From Parasitella parasitica NRRL 2501 (taxonomy: Eukaryota; Fungi; Mucoromycota), in assembly GCA_025201805.1 (NCBI GenBank), contig MU619368.1, positions 12,346 through 46,456 of the forward strand: a stretch of 34,111 bases of DNA. The letters run 5' to 3'. The first letter of the stretch is position 1. The number at the start of each line of letters is the position of its first letter. Both the position numbers and the translations under genes were made by a program. This document shows positions 1-11,790 of this stretch, in pieces. Under the pieces are notes generated by a model, which did not search any database, was not told the origin of the DNA, and was given only the letters and a program-made list of their open reading frames with translations.

Positions 1-728
1 TGCCTTTTGTTTGGAGTAACTTTCCCCTGCTTCGACCCAAACCCCACCACTGCCAAGCGCAAACAATTCAACAATTTAGCCCTATCTTTTTTGTACAGAA
101 AACAGATGCTGGGCTCGCCTTTCGATGGAGGCAATACTCTTTGAAGATTAGTAAAGAAATATAAAACGTGGAGATAACTCAATATTAATCGAGCGCTGCA
201 TCTTTGACTTTGACCTTTTAATACTATTGGGTAAGTGACATTCCCACTTATAAATTGTTTATAAAAAGTAACCAAAAATCATCTGTTTCTTCTTTCGGAA
301 TTTAGCTTGATATACCGTTACAGTATATAAAGATATGGATAAAAATGGGCTGCAATACATGTACTGTAAGATATTAAGATTGATAAATATATCATAGTAA
401 CTGCTGCATTGTTGAGACGAAAAAGACTTGAGGATAAATAAAAACTTCTTGATGCGGAACGTTTATGTGCAATCGTTAAACTCGATGCATGCTCTAAATC
501 AAAATAAAAACCCTAAATCAGGCTTGACATCATAACAGCTGCGTTCAAGAGCTCGAAATGTTCCAACTGGAGAATATAGCTTATCAAAAAAAACTACAAT
601 ATCATCCACTTAACAGTAGTATCAGTTACCAATGCTATTGGCTCTGGTCTTCTTTATTTTCCAGAGGCAGGAGGATTCTTTTATTTTTTATTTTTCACTT
701 TTTCTGACTACAACGCGCTCGAGATACA

Positions 729-2254
729 ATGAATCCAACAATGGTTCAAGGGCAGCATGCGCTTGTTTACAACCCCATGCTTCCACCTGGATGGATTGAG
801 CACCGTACATCTACTGGCCAGCCTTATTGGTACCATACCGTCTCTGGGCAAAGCTCTTGGCTATTTCCATCACCTTTGCCGCCACTTTCACAACAGGAAA
901 CGCAGCCCAAAAAGAAAAAGAAGCAGATAAAGTAAGACGAGCCCATGATACGAAAGCATAAGTACTGAAAAAGCTTAGGAAAAAGATTCCACAAACAAAT
1001 TGGCTGTTTGTTTTGACACACGATGGATACGAGTTTTATTACAATCGAGATACCAAGACTTCTGTTTGGGAGATGCCTGAGGAGCTCAAGGAGCCAATGG
1101 AAGAGCTCAAGAAATTAGAAGAGGAGGAGAAGAAGCAAATCAAGCTAAAGCAAGAAAACCAGGCTAAATTAGCACAAAAAGAAAAAGAGGATGCAGATAA
1201 TAAAAAGAGGTTGCTAGAGAAACAAGAGGCAGAGCAGGAGGCTAAACGAGTCAAGTTAGAGCAAGAAATTGTTGACGAAAAAGGCGATAAATCAGATGAG
1301 CACGCAGATGAAAACGAATTGGAAGCAACTGAGTGAGTACCTTGGATGATGCTTGATGTTGTGATTTTAACATGATTTGCGTAGAATGACAGAAGAAGAC
1401 ATCATGTGGCAGTTGCAGCAAATGGCAGAAGTTGAAGTGGAAGAGACAAAAGCAGAACAAGCAGAACAAGTAGAACAAGCAGAACAAGCAGAACAAGCAG
1501 AACAAGCAGAACAAGCAGAACAAGCAGAACAAGCAGAACAAGCAGAACAAGCAGTAGAGATAAGCAAAGAGCCAAAGAAGCTCAAATTACCAGAAGAAGA
1601 ATGTCTTTCGCAGTTCAACCAGTTATTGGCAGAAAGAAACATCTCGCCGTTTGCCGTGTATTCAGCAGAATACCCCAAGTTAATGACAGATCCTAGATTT
1701 TCATGTAAGTTTTGGTTTTAGTACATGTTTACTGTTGGCTTTATGTATAATTTATTATTTTAGTGGTACCACACAACAAACAAAAGGCATTATTTAATAA
1801 ATATTGCAACGCATTGGGCGAAAAGATTAAAAAAGAGAAGAGCAAAAAGGTAAAGGAATCAAGAGGATGAGATAGGGTATACATGTCATATTTACAAACT
1901 ATGTAGAGACCAGAAGATGAATTTAAAGATCTGCTTGTGTCCAAAGTAACTCAAAAAATGTACTGGGATGATTTTCGCCGCAAACACAAGGATGATCCAC
2001 GATTCAAAGCCATTTCCGTTACAAAAGAAAAGGAAGCACTGTTCAAAGATCATGTGAAACATCATCTGGGAAAGAAAAGACCAACGGATGAATACATGGA
2101 TCTCTTGCGTGACACAAAAGACATCCGCCCAGGGATTCGATGGAGAGATGCCAAAAAAATTCTTGAAAACGACGATAGATATTACTTGATAGAATCAAAG
2201 ACTGACAGAGAAGACTTGTTTCGTGATTATCTGCAAGAAATTTCGAGTAAATAA
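729..2254 (+). CDS. WW/FF-domain protein, TCERG1(CA150)/Prp40/Urn1-like transcription-splicing factor, ~436 aa, 5 exons
   Basis: Exons 729-931, 979-1332, 1385-1704, 1764-1849, 1907-2254 (1311 nt), all GT-AG. Two WW domains (LPPGWIEHRTSTGQPYWYHTVSGQSSWLFP; NWLFVLTHDGYEFYYNRDTKTSVWEMP), a charged coil, then FF repeats (WDDFRRKHKDDPRF; RWRDAKKILENDDRY...REDLFRDYL). Confidence 0.88.
1452..1550 (+). repeat. Coding tandem repeat, 11 x 9 nt (GCAGAACAA, one GTAGAACAA variant), encoding (AEQ)n
   Basis: Read directly: 99 nt, 10 identical units plus one variant, inside exon 3 of the WW/FF gene. Confidence 0.97.
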
Positions 2255-2342
2255 ACATTCAAAAGCGTCATTATAAACAGTCAGGGTTTACCATGGCTGT
2301 GCCCGAGGATCTTCTACTATAAAAATGTCTTGACTGCGGTAG

Positions 2343-2660
2343 CTAGTTGTAATGGTATACCTTGGGTGGTTCTGTTGTAAATCTAACAGAATGATGCGAT
2401 AGGCTTTTATGTGGTATCATGATTTCTTTAGTGTTAATGTTGCTGTTGCTGCTTCCGCTGTGGCCTTCCAATGGCTTTAGATTTACGCTCCTTGGCGGGC
2501 AGCTGAAGCGCAATAGCCTTGATTTTATCAGCATTTCCTCCTGCTTGTTTTCTTCCTTCTCTCTTTCCTTGATGATGGCTTGAAGTAGAGCGAAGCTGTC
2601 GCTTCTGCGATGCCGTCTGTGATCTAAAGGGGATGGCGGTGGCGAGGGTAGCGAAGACAT
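2343..2660 (-). CDS. Small hypothetical, probably disordered protein (105 aa) with a C-terminal RVxF-like motif
   Basis: Single exon from the ATG at 2660 (MSSLPSPPPSP...). The upstream in-frame part is pyrimidine-rich and looks like 5'UTR. Ends HSVRFTTEPPKVYHYN. Confidence 0.65.
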   Translation of the reverse strand: MSSLPSPPPSPLDHRRHRRSDSFALLQAIIKEREKEENKQEEMLIKSRLLRFSCPPRSVNLKPLEGHSGSSNSNINTKEIMIPHKSLSHHSVRFTTEPPKVYHYN

Positions 2661-3181
2661 TTCTCTGTGATCAATAAATAATAGCGGAAAAAGAGATAAA
2701 AAGGAAAAAGAGAAAACATGGAAACCATATTTAAATACCATGGAAAAAAAGAGGGGGCTTACAATTGCAAACCAATCAATTCATGTAGATCCTCAATTTT
2801 GTCGATCTTTTTATGATTTTCTCGGCTAGACATTCATCCGCGTTTTTTGGTAAATGTAAACAAATAAGACCATAACATGTACAAAACTTGGACAAAGCAG
2901 ACAAGAAATCCCCTTGGATACCATTGGTATCGCATACACAAGATGCAACGGAGGGATCCGATCGCAAAAAGAAAATCCTGATTAGAAGATTTATGTTGCA
3001 CTGCGCCGATGTCATGTAAAACAGTGCAAATCACTTTTGTATCATCGGATCCCTCTATAAAAGTCCTATGTTTTGTTGTTTCACCTTTTAATATCACCCT
3101 CAAGGCATTACAGTGTTGAGACAATACTGTTTTTTTATTCAAATATATGGAGTAAAGGGGCAAGAAAGGAAAAAAAAAAGG

Positions 3182-6100
3182 TTATTCATCGTCTTCATCA
3201 TCATAGTCATGATCGTCGTCTTCATCATCTTCGTCTTCGTGATATCTTGAGTGTTGTTTTGGTCTCTGATTTAATTGGTTGTTATAGTGATGAGATGATG
3301 AGGATGAAGCAAGTGTCAAGACACCACCTGGACATAGTTCTTGTAATTTACCATCAAAAATTTTCTAGACATGATACGTGTTAGTGTATGAAGATCGTGT
3401 ATGGCTCATTCAAATTACCTGCATTTCATTGGCGTCTTCGTATACAAACGAACCTTCTTCGTTAAAGATCCTTGCATTGTTAAACATGAGATGAAAATCA
3501 TCTCTAAAATGGGCGATCGTTCTATAATAAGTGGAATTGAGGCGTTTTTTGATCATATTCATAGATATCGGAGTCTTGATCATTGTGTAATACAGAGGAT
3601 AATCACGTTTGCTAACGAGATCCATAAAAAGCTCGCTTCTGCTACGGTAAGTCCTATTTTACATGCATGCGAGATAAGTGTGCGGTTTCCTATAAAGGCA
3701 ATTTACACTTACTCTTCATCTTCCTCCACAGCTTCTTCTACAGCTTTGTAGCATTCCTTGAATATCCTCAGCATGTTTTCTCGCAAATGAGGAGGCACAG
3801 TATCGGGCTTATTTAAATCTGCATCGTTTTTACCTCGCTTGCGTTTAGACTAACAGAGAAGCAAATTAGCGAAATGTTGTAGAACAATGATTTAGTGTTA
3901 CCTCTGGCTCTCCCTTCTTTGGCCTTCCTCGCTTTTTACCAATATTTTCTTCATGAGGGTAGCTTTCTTCACGTCTACGACGTCCTGGACGTTTAGCTTC
4001 TTCCACTGGATCAGGCTCGCCTAATAATCTGGCCATGCGCTTCTGCTTTCTTCTCTCTTTTTTGGCAATTAGCTCGTCTAAATCTACATTGTCATCCTCT
4101 AGCGCGTTAAGCCATTGTTCTTCTGTTAAGCCATCATCATATCTGACAGAGTCTCTGCTACGTTGGCCACGGCCAAGAGAGAGTGGATCATCAATGTCCT
4201 CATGCACAGGATCATCGTTCAAATAGATCTCAGGCAATTCAGATTCTGTAATTAAACGCTCAGGTTTACCACGACGGCCCATTGCTTGCCAGTTGCGCAG
4301 ATCACCTTCCTCCCGTTCATCATCAATGCGGTGGAATACAGGAATGTCAGTTTCATTTCTTTGCAGTATTTCATTTAATTCTTCGTCGTCAATGTCCTCA
4401 TCATCGGCGTCATTTTCCTCGTCTGCTTTATCTTCCAAAAGAGACCTCAAAAATGCCTCGCGATCTTCTTCTGTGCTACGGTTATCGAATTTACCAGCTT
4501 GGATGACTTTGCCGTCAATGTCTAATTTGTAGTTTGCTCTGGCAAGAATACTTTCTTCGACTGAATTCGTCGAAATCAAACGGAAAATACGCACTTCTTT
4601 GGTTTGGCCGATACGATGTGCACGATCTTGAGCTTGTAAGTCCTGGTGAGGATTCCAATCTGAGTCAAAGATAATGACAGTATCAGCAGTTTGCAAATTG
4701 AGACCAAGACCACCAGCACGGGTACTGAGCAAAAACACGAAATAGGGTGATTCAGGTGCGTTGAACAGTTTTAATAGTTCGGAACGATCATCTGCTTTGG
4801 TGGAACCATCTAAACGCAGATAGCTGAATCCCTTGTAGTTGAGAAAATCCTCCATGATGCTCATGACCTGGGTCATTTGGAAAAAGATAAGCACCCGATG
4901 ACCTGTTTGCTGCAACTTGGGTAACATTCGATCCAAGAGCTCGAATTTACCCGAGGTACGGAAGAGTAAGTCGTTGGACATGCCGCTGGGGTTCACCAAA
5001 GATTCAACTTCTTCAAAAACGAAAGGGTGGTTACAGATTTTACGCAATTGCATGATGGTATTGTTGAGGCCTTTAACGCCGGATTTGCCTTTAACGACTT
5101 CAGATGTGTATAGAGTACCGTTGCGCTTCATTTGAGTGTATAGATGTGTTTGTAAAGACGACAGTTTACACTTGATAACACGCTCCACCTTGTCTGGTAA
5201 TTCAGATTCGACATCACGCTTCAGACGTCTCAATAAGAAAGGACGCAATACTTTGTGAAGACGCTTAATGATCAAAAGCTGTTCTTCTTCATTCAAGCCA
5301 ATCTTGTCAGCTACACCTTGCGTGTTGAACGGCGTGTTGAACCATTCTTCGAAACTCTTGACACTCTTGAAAATCTTGGGCAAAACAAAATTGAGCAAAG
5401 CCCACAGCTCTGGCAAGTTATTCTATACAACACTTCAGTGATGATAAAATCAAGTTTTGTGCTGATCATACCTGCAACGGCGTACCGGTTAGAATAAGTC
5501 TGTATTTTGTGTGGTAATATTGTCTAAGCACGACAGTCAATTTGGAGTTGGTATTCTTCATACGATGACCTTCGTCCACAATCATATGCAACCATTTCAC
5601 CTTACTGAGAATAGGTCTATCTTTGATGATGTATTCAAATGTTGTGAGGAGAACTTGGAAATCGTTGTAGCGAATTTCATTTTGGAGTTCTTTACGAGCA
5701 TTAGGAGGCCCCTTATAAATAACGGTTTTGATAGCAGGAGCCCATTTTTCAAATTCAAGAGTCCAGTTAGTAAGTGTGCTATGAAAATATTGATTAATAT
5801 GCATGCTAGCATAGCCCAAAAACTACTTACGATAATGGCACAATAATGAGATAGGGCCCATTTTGCCTCTTCTTTTCGATTAGATATGTAATCAGACTGA
5901 TAGTTTGGATGGTCTTACCCAAACCCATCTCATCTGCCAAAATGCCGTTCAAATGATTGTTATAAAGAGAAACCATCCATTGAAGACCCTTAAGCTGGTA
6001 GTCTTTCAATCTTCCGCCGATCAAAATGTCAGGCTGAACCACTTCTTCCTTAATACGGTGGGTAACTTGGAAATAGTCGTTCTTTGCATCAGGATCGCTC

Positions 6101-7629
6101 GCGGTCATATCATCATCATCGTCATCCAAGTTGACATCTGTTCTATACATGCTGTCATTTTGCTGCTCTTGCACAGCCTTGGTCAGTGAATCCAAGAAGG
6201 AGCCAGTCTGCTTCAACAATTGAGTTAAACGAGTATCCTTGGCTTCATCAATCAATTTCATGTACGCTTCTTCATCATCGTTCTTCAAGGCACGAATACG
6301 TTCCTTGGAAATACGCTCAGCACGCTTCTGTTCTTCCTTTTCAATGTGCTGATGGTATTGCAATACAGCTCTACCCAATTTCGTCTGCTTGGATCTATAA
6401 TTTCCCTGGGCAGCTGTTAAACTGCGGCCATGATCACAAATAGTTTGCAAATAGTCCAAATGCTTTTGCTTTTCGCGGTGTTCACGATCAGTACGTTGTT
6501 GACGTTCAATTTTTTCTGTCATACGGGCTTCACGCAACGATTGCTTTTTCATACGACGATACGCTAAGCGATCAGCAGAAGAGGCCAAGGTGGTAGAACG
6601 CTTCATACCAGCCATGATTTCCTCCCTCAATTGCTTTTGTTTGCCCAACAAACGTAATGCTTTAAGTTCCACAATAGCCTTGAGCTTGACGGATCCATTT
6701 TGCTGACGAATATCTTGCTCCAATGCTTGTGCTGCATCGCTAAGGTTACTCGGCAATTTTTCAAGTTCGGCAATACGATATTGAATAAGGTTGAGCATTC
6801 GACGTTCACGTTCAGAGATAATGGTGTAAGGATCCGCACCAGTGGGTGTAATGCTAGGAATCAGCAGGCGCTGTTGACGCGAAGCGTGAGCAAAGGATGT
6901 AATTGGTTTCTTCAACAAATCGTAAGGCGATGCGTAAGCGTTGTACTCAATCTTTGCTGCTTCTGCTGCAGTTGTCGTTGAGGGTACAGTGCTAGCGATG
7001 TTGGCAGTTACTGGAGCTGTTATTGCAGCAGGCGTAATAGCATTAGCAGGCGAAGATAAAGATGGAATGACAGGTGGTGTCATCTGTTGAGGAGGTTGTC
7101 CCATGTTGGGAGGCTCTACCAAAGTTGAAGTAGGTGATAAAACAGCTTGCTGAATGTGAGGTGGCAACGCTACATTCTTGGTAATCAACTTGTATGCTAA
7201 AATTTGGTATTTCAAAGCAGCTAATTGTTGTTGAGAAAAAGCAGATGGCATATCTACTCGTAAATCAGAAGGGTTTGTTGATATAAAATAAACATTAAAT
7301 TTATCTTGTTATACGATAATTACCAGGACTAGGACCATTAGTAACGGATGAAGCCATAGATGGAGACGAGTTGGAGGATATGATTTGTTCAGGCATACCA
7401 GGACGCGTTTGTTGTTGCTTTTGAAAACCTTTCAAAAATTGCATTATTTGAGCATACTCTGGATTATTGTCTTCTTTTGCGCCTTGAGATTGAAGAAATC
7501 GAACGCGCTAATTTGTACTTAGTTGATCAAATGTTTAGATCTTGCGAGTTTCTATGGTAATACCTGAACAAGACTTTGCAACTTTTCCTTATTAAAACCA
7601 CCTGGTGGATGATTAGGCAAGGAGTTCAT
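3182..7629 (-). CDS. SNF2: SWI/SNF-RSC catalytic ATPase (Snf2/Sth1/Snf21/BRG1 family) with QLQ, HSA, helicase and bromodomain, ~1351 aa, 8 exons
   Basis: Exons 7629-7564, 7507-7324, 7253-5831, 5778-5472, 5422-3902, 3849-3713, 3653-3419, 3364-3182 (4056 nt). QLQ ([15 protein letters not shown]), [33 protein letters not shown]-hook KKRGRPKK, bromodomain ([15 protein letters not shown]...[16 protein letters not shown]), acidic tail. Confidence 0.96.
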
Positions 7630-8814
7630 TATCTTTTTCTTTATATTGTTACTATATAAATTTAAAGCAATTCATATCAAATGAACGTGAGTGATGGAAA
7701 GTCAATTAGTCCTACCTTTGTCACTATTTTATTTACGAAAAAAAGAAGGTTTTTTCCTAATAAAGAACTAAACTACAATTAAGAGGATGATAAAAGAAAG
7801 GGGGGATGTTGATAATGGGTAAGAAAAGCAGTTGTTGAAAGCTTTTGCTAGGAGTCACATCGGGTGAGCAATAATAGTGGTGATGGGAAGCATATAGGGA
7901 GGCCTAAACCATTGGAACATCTCACTACGTAACTTAGCAACCGTTAGAACTCCGACATTTTTCTTCTTAATTTTCAATCATCATTATCGATTAGTAGAAG
8001 GTGTTTTTTTTTAAACAAAAATATACAAATCGTAAGGACGGCCCTCTTCGGTATACTATAAAAGTTGTTTTAGGCTAAAAAAAGCTAAATTGAAGGAGAT
8101 AATACAATTTTTAAAAGAGGTGTCGATTAGCTTCAAGTGATTAAAGCAATCTACTTTACAGAAAACAAAACCTCTATTGATGCTCAAATTATATAATGAA
8201 ATATCATTGTCTAGAAGTTGAAAAAGTTGCTGGTATAGTTTAAAATATGTGAATCGGTGCACAAAACGGCAAAAAAATCCTTGATAAATAGCAAAGAAAG
8301 ATGGATTTTTCGAATATTAGGGCGGCGCGTAAATTGGGTAATGTGTTGGCCAATACAAATACAGTATTTCTTAGACTGAGAAGAAACAGATATTTGATTT
8401 ATACTACCATATCGCAACTATGATAGATGGCTATGTCAATCAACACTGAATGAGGATATAAACATGAAATAAATAGAAAACAACTCCCACTTGGTAGATT
8501 TGTATACTAATTAATTGTATTCAAGGTCTTTACTATACTAATTTGTTCTCGAAATGTTGCTATCTTTCATTGGTTTAGCTGCAGTCTGAAAACCATGCCA
8601 ACACGTCACCCTTACAACAACGCTCATTACAACTTTTTTCCCTTATTCAATACAGAGTTTTCAGGATAGTTTTCCTCATCGTTTTCTTCTTTGTTTTTTT
8701 TTTTTGTATTTTTTCGTTTTTTCTTTTTAGCCAACATTTGCTTGTAAAACAAATCGTTCTTCGTTTAAACTTATATACATTTCATACTAGAAAACCCACA
8801 TTTAAACACATAAT

Positions 8815-9956
8815 ATGACCGCTGTAAGTTCTGTCGCTGATGTTGACGCTTGGATCGCACAACTCTCTGATTGTAAACAACTACCAGAGGCTGAAATAAA
8901 GAAACTATGTGAAAAGGTACTTATATTTTATATGCGCAATCTTATTGTTGCATTGCAACGGTAAATCAAGTATCTTTTGCAGTAACTAAATAGAAATTAT
9001 TAGGCACGTGAGATTCTTCAAGAAGAATCCAACGTTCAGCCCGTAAGATGCCCTGTTACTGTCTGTGGTAAGCTTACGTTTTACACATCAATGTCAACAA
9101 AGATAAGGTCACTAAATAAATGATCTTAGGTGATATTCACGGCCAATTTCATGATTTACAAGAGCTTTTCCGCATTGGTGGCAACTCGCCCGACACTAAC
9201 TATCTGTTCATGGGCGATTATGTTGATCGAGGTTATTACTCTGTCGAAACTGTTACATTTCTGGTTGCTCTCAAAGTAAGGTACAAGGATCGTGTTACTA
9301 TTCTTCGTGGTAATCACGAATCTCGCCAAATCACTCAAGTATACGGTTTTTACGATGAATGCTTAAGGAAATATGGCAACGCCAATGTCTGGAAGATGTT
9401 TACAGATCTTTTTGACTATTTGCCCTTGACTGCACTGATTGAAGAACAAATCTTTTGCTTGCATGGTGGTCTCTCACCATCGATTGACACATTGGATCAA
9501 GTTAAATCCTTGGATCGTGTCCAAGAAGTTCCTCACGAAGGGCCTATGTGCGATCTTTTATGGTCTGACCCTGATGATAGATGTGGTTGGGGTATCTCAC
9601 CCCGTGGTGCCGGTTATACCTTTGGTCAAGATATTGCAGAGACATTTAACCATAACAACGGCTTAACATTAGTTGCAAGAGCCCATCAACTGGTTATGGA
9701 AGGCTACAATTGGACTCATGACCGAAATGTCGTTACTATTTTCAGTGCACCTAATTATTGTTATCGTTGTGGCAATCAAGCTGCAATCATGGAAATCGAT
9801 GAACATATGAAATACACATTGTAAGTTTAATTTTTTATAATTGATTGTATTATAGATATTGATTGTCTTTTTTTTTTTAATAGCCTTCAGTTTGATCCCG
9901 CTCCTAGACGTGGTGAACCACACGTTACTAGACGTACTCCTGACTATTTCTTGTAA
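8815..9956 (+). CDS. PPH21: Protein phosphatase 2A catalytic subunit, 309 aa, 4 exons
   Basis: Exons 8815-8916, 9004-9067, 9130-9820, 9884-9956 (930 nt). [29 protein letters not shown] and the PP2A C-terminus RRTPDYFL. Confidence 0.97.
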
Positions 9957-10326
9957 AAAAAACTGTATGCCACTAAACAGAAAGTAATTGAAGACTTAAC
10001 ATTCATATTATATATATAATACGCATAAAAATTTCAAAAAAAAAGACCACTTTTATATCTTTAAACCACCTTTTTTCTTTTTTCATACCTTTGCCTCCTT
10101 ATTTTTTTTATAAACAAACATTTCTTCTACTTTTTTTATACCTGCGCTTCTTATTTGCTTATACACACACATAGCGTTTGACGCGTGTAAAACCGGGAAA
10201 TATTATTAAGCTTTAAAAACAACCTATGAAAACAAAATCATCAATAAATAGTAGCCCTTGTCATTTAGCGAAACTTTTTGTTTCTCATCTCTTTTTTTCT
10301 TTTCCTGCTTTGTTACATTAAACAAA

Positions 10327-10820
10327 ATGAATAAATACACCTTTACTACCATCATAAAGACTGCATCTTGTAGACTAAATCAACACCAGACAAGGTAGGT
10401 GCATATTATTGGCATGACATTCGATGCAATATTCCTTGACATTTATGCATGAATCCCCAAGATGCTTATCTGTTGGTCAGCAGTTGTTTTTTAAAGAAGG
10501 TCTTGGTTTTGACAAAGATAAAGGTATCAATTGACATTTGATGCGGTAACAAAAGGCTAATTTCTGATTGTTTATCAGTTGACCGCGAACCGACTTTAAT
10601 GGAGAATGCCCCCAACTGGAAAGAGAGCACTGCTACAGAAAGTGAAGCTGATGTAAGTGAGGTTTGTTTGCATTCGCATAAAATGTCAACTCATTCCAGC
10701 TATACACTTCAGATCAAAGCTGAGAAAGAACCTGAAGTTGCCCCCGAGATTTTGAAGGAAGAAACTGCTGAATGGGTCAGATCTCATAAAGATAAAGACG
10801 GCAACATCCCATCTCATTAA
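10327..10820 (+). CDS. Small hypothetical protein, putatively mitochondrial (~103 aa, 4 exons)
   Basis: Exons 10327-10394, 10462-10523, 10579-10652, 10713-10820 (312 nt). The N-terminus is basic/hydroxylated with no acidic residues (MNKYTFTTIIKTASCRLNQHQTRCLS). Spliced core is WKESTATESEADIKAEKE. Confidence 0.7.
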
Positions 10821-10998
10821 AATCCTGGTCTGTCAGAAATCATTTTTAATAAAGCTTTTTTTTTTCTCGATTCGTCTGACCATTCATACCCACATAAATA
10901 AACTGACACATTAAACCTCCGGTGTATCCAAAATACCATATCTCAAATGGAGAGGCCCGTGCCCTTGTGCTTCCTTCCCTTTTCATTTCTCTAACAAT

Positions 10999-11790
10999 AT
11001 GAGGTAAACCTAAAGACTCAATCATCCATCCATCAAAGGAATGAATGCATCCATCAGATAGAACGATATATCCATATATCATAATCATATTGGGATGCAA
11101 TTGGTGTCATGATTAGTTGAATTAACACATTTCAATGTTTGTAGTAAAGTCAGCGCTTCTGCCGTCAGAGAACTTGTCAACCAAATTCAGGCCGCCTCTG
11201 CTGAAAAGCAACGCAAGTTTGTTGAAACCATCGAACTTCAAATTGGTTTGAAGAACTACGATCCCCAACGTGATAAGCGTTTCTCTGGTACCATCAAGCT
11301 CCCCAACGTTGCTCGTCCCCGTATGACCGTCTGTGTTCTCGGTGACGCTTTCCACTGTGATCAAGCCAAGAGTGCCGGTATGGAATTCCAATCCGTTGAC
11401 GATCTCAAGAAGCTCAACAAGAACAAGAAGCTCATCAAGAAGCTCGCCAAGAAGTACGATGCTTTCCTTGCTTCCGAAGCTTTGATCAAGCAAATTCCTC
11501 GTCTTTTGGGTCCTGGTCTCCACAAGGTCGGTAAGTTCCCTACTCCCGTCTCTCACAACGACTCCTTGACCGATAAGGCCAACGAAATTCGTGCCACCAT
11601 CAAGTTCCAGTTGAAGAAGGTTCTCTGTCTTGGTGTTGCTATTGGCCACGTTGGTATGACCGAAGATGAATTGATCTCCAACATCATGTTGTCTGTCAAC
11701 TTCCTCGTTTCCTTGTTGAAGAAGCACTGGCAAAACGTCAAGTCTTTGTACTTGAAGTCTTCCATGGGTAAGCCTTACCGTCTCTTCTAA
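10999..11790 (+). CDS. RPL10A: 60S ribosomal protein uL1 (L10a / yeast L1), 216 aa, 2 exons
   Basis: 5-nt first coding exon 10999-11003 (ATGAG), intron 11004-11144, exon 11145-11790. MSKVSAS...[26 protein letters not shown]...[11 protein letters not shown]. Strong high-expression codon bias. Confidence 0.97.

Noticed and set aside
1251-1678. Antisense ORFs with (FCL)n and (SAC)n Cys-rich repeats
   Set aside because: Reverse readings of the GCAGAACAA repeat, not metallothionein-like genes.
2776-3384. Several 79-109 aa ORFs between the orphan and the SNF2 3' end
   Set aside because: No motifs; they overlap the promoter, the UTR or the acidic tail antisense.
7929-7941. RFX X-box-like GTAACTTAGCAAC in the SNF2/PP2A divergent spacer
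   Set aside because: Single degenerate match with no conservation data.
11122-11733. 203-aa antisense ORF over RPL10A
   Set aside because: Expected shadow of strong codon bias in a highly expressed gene; no independent motifs.
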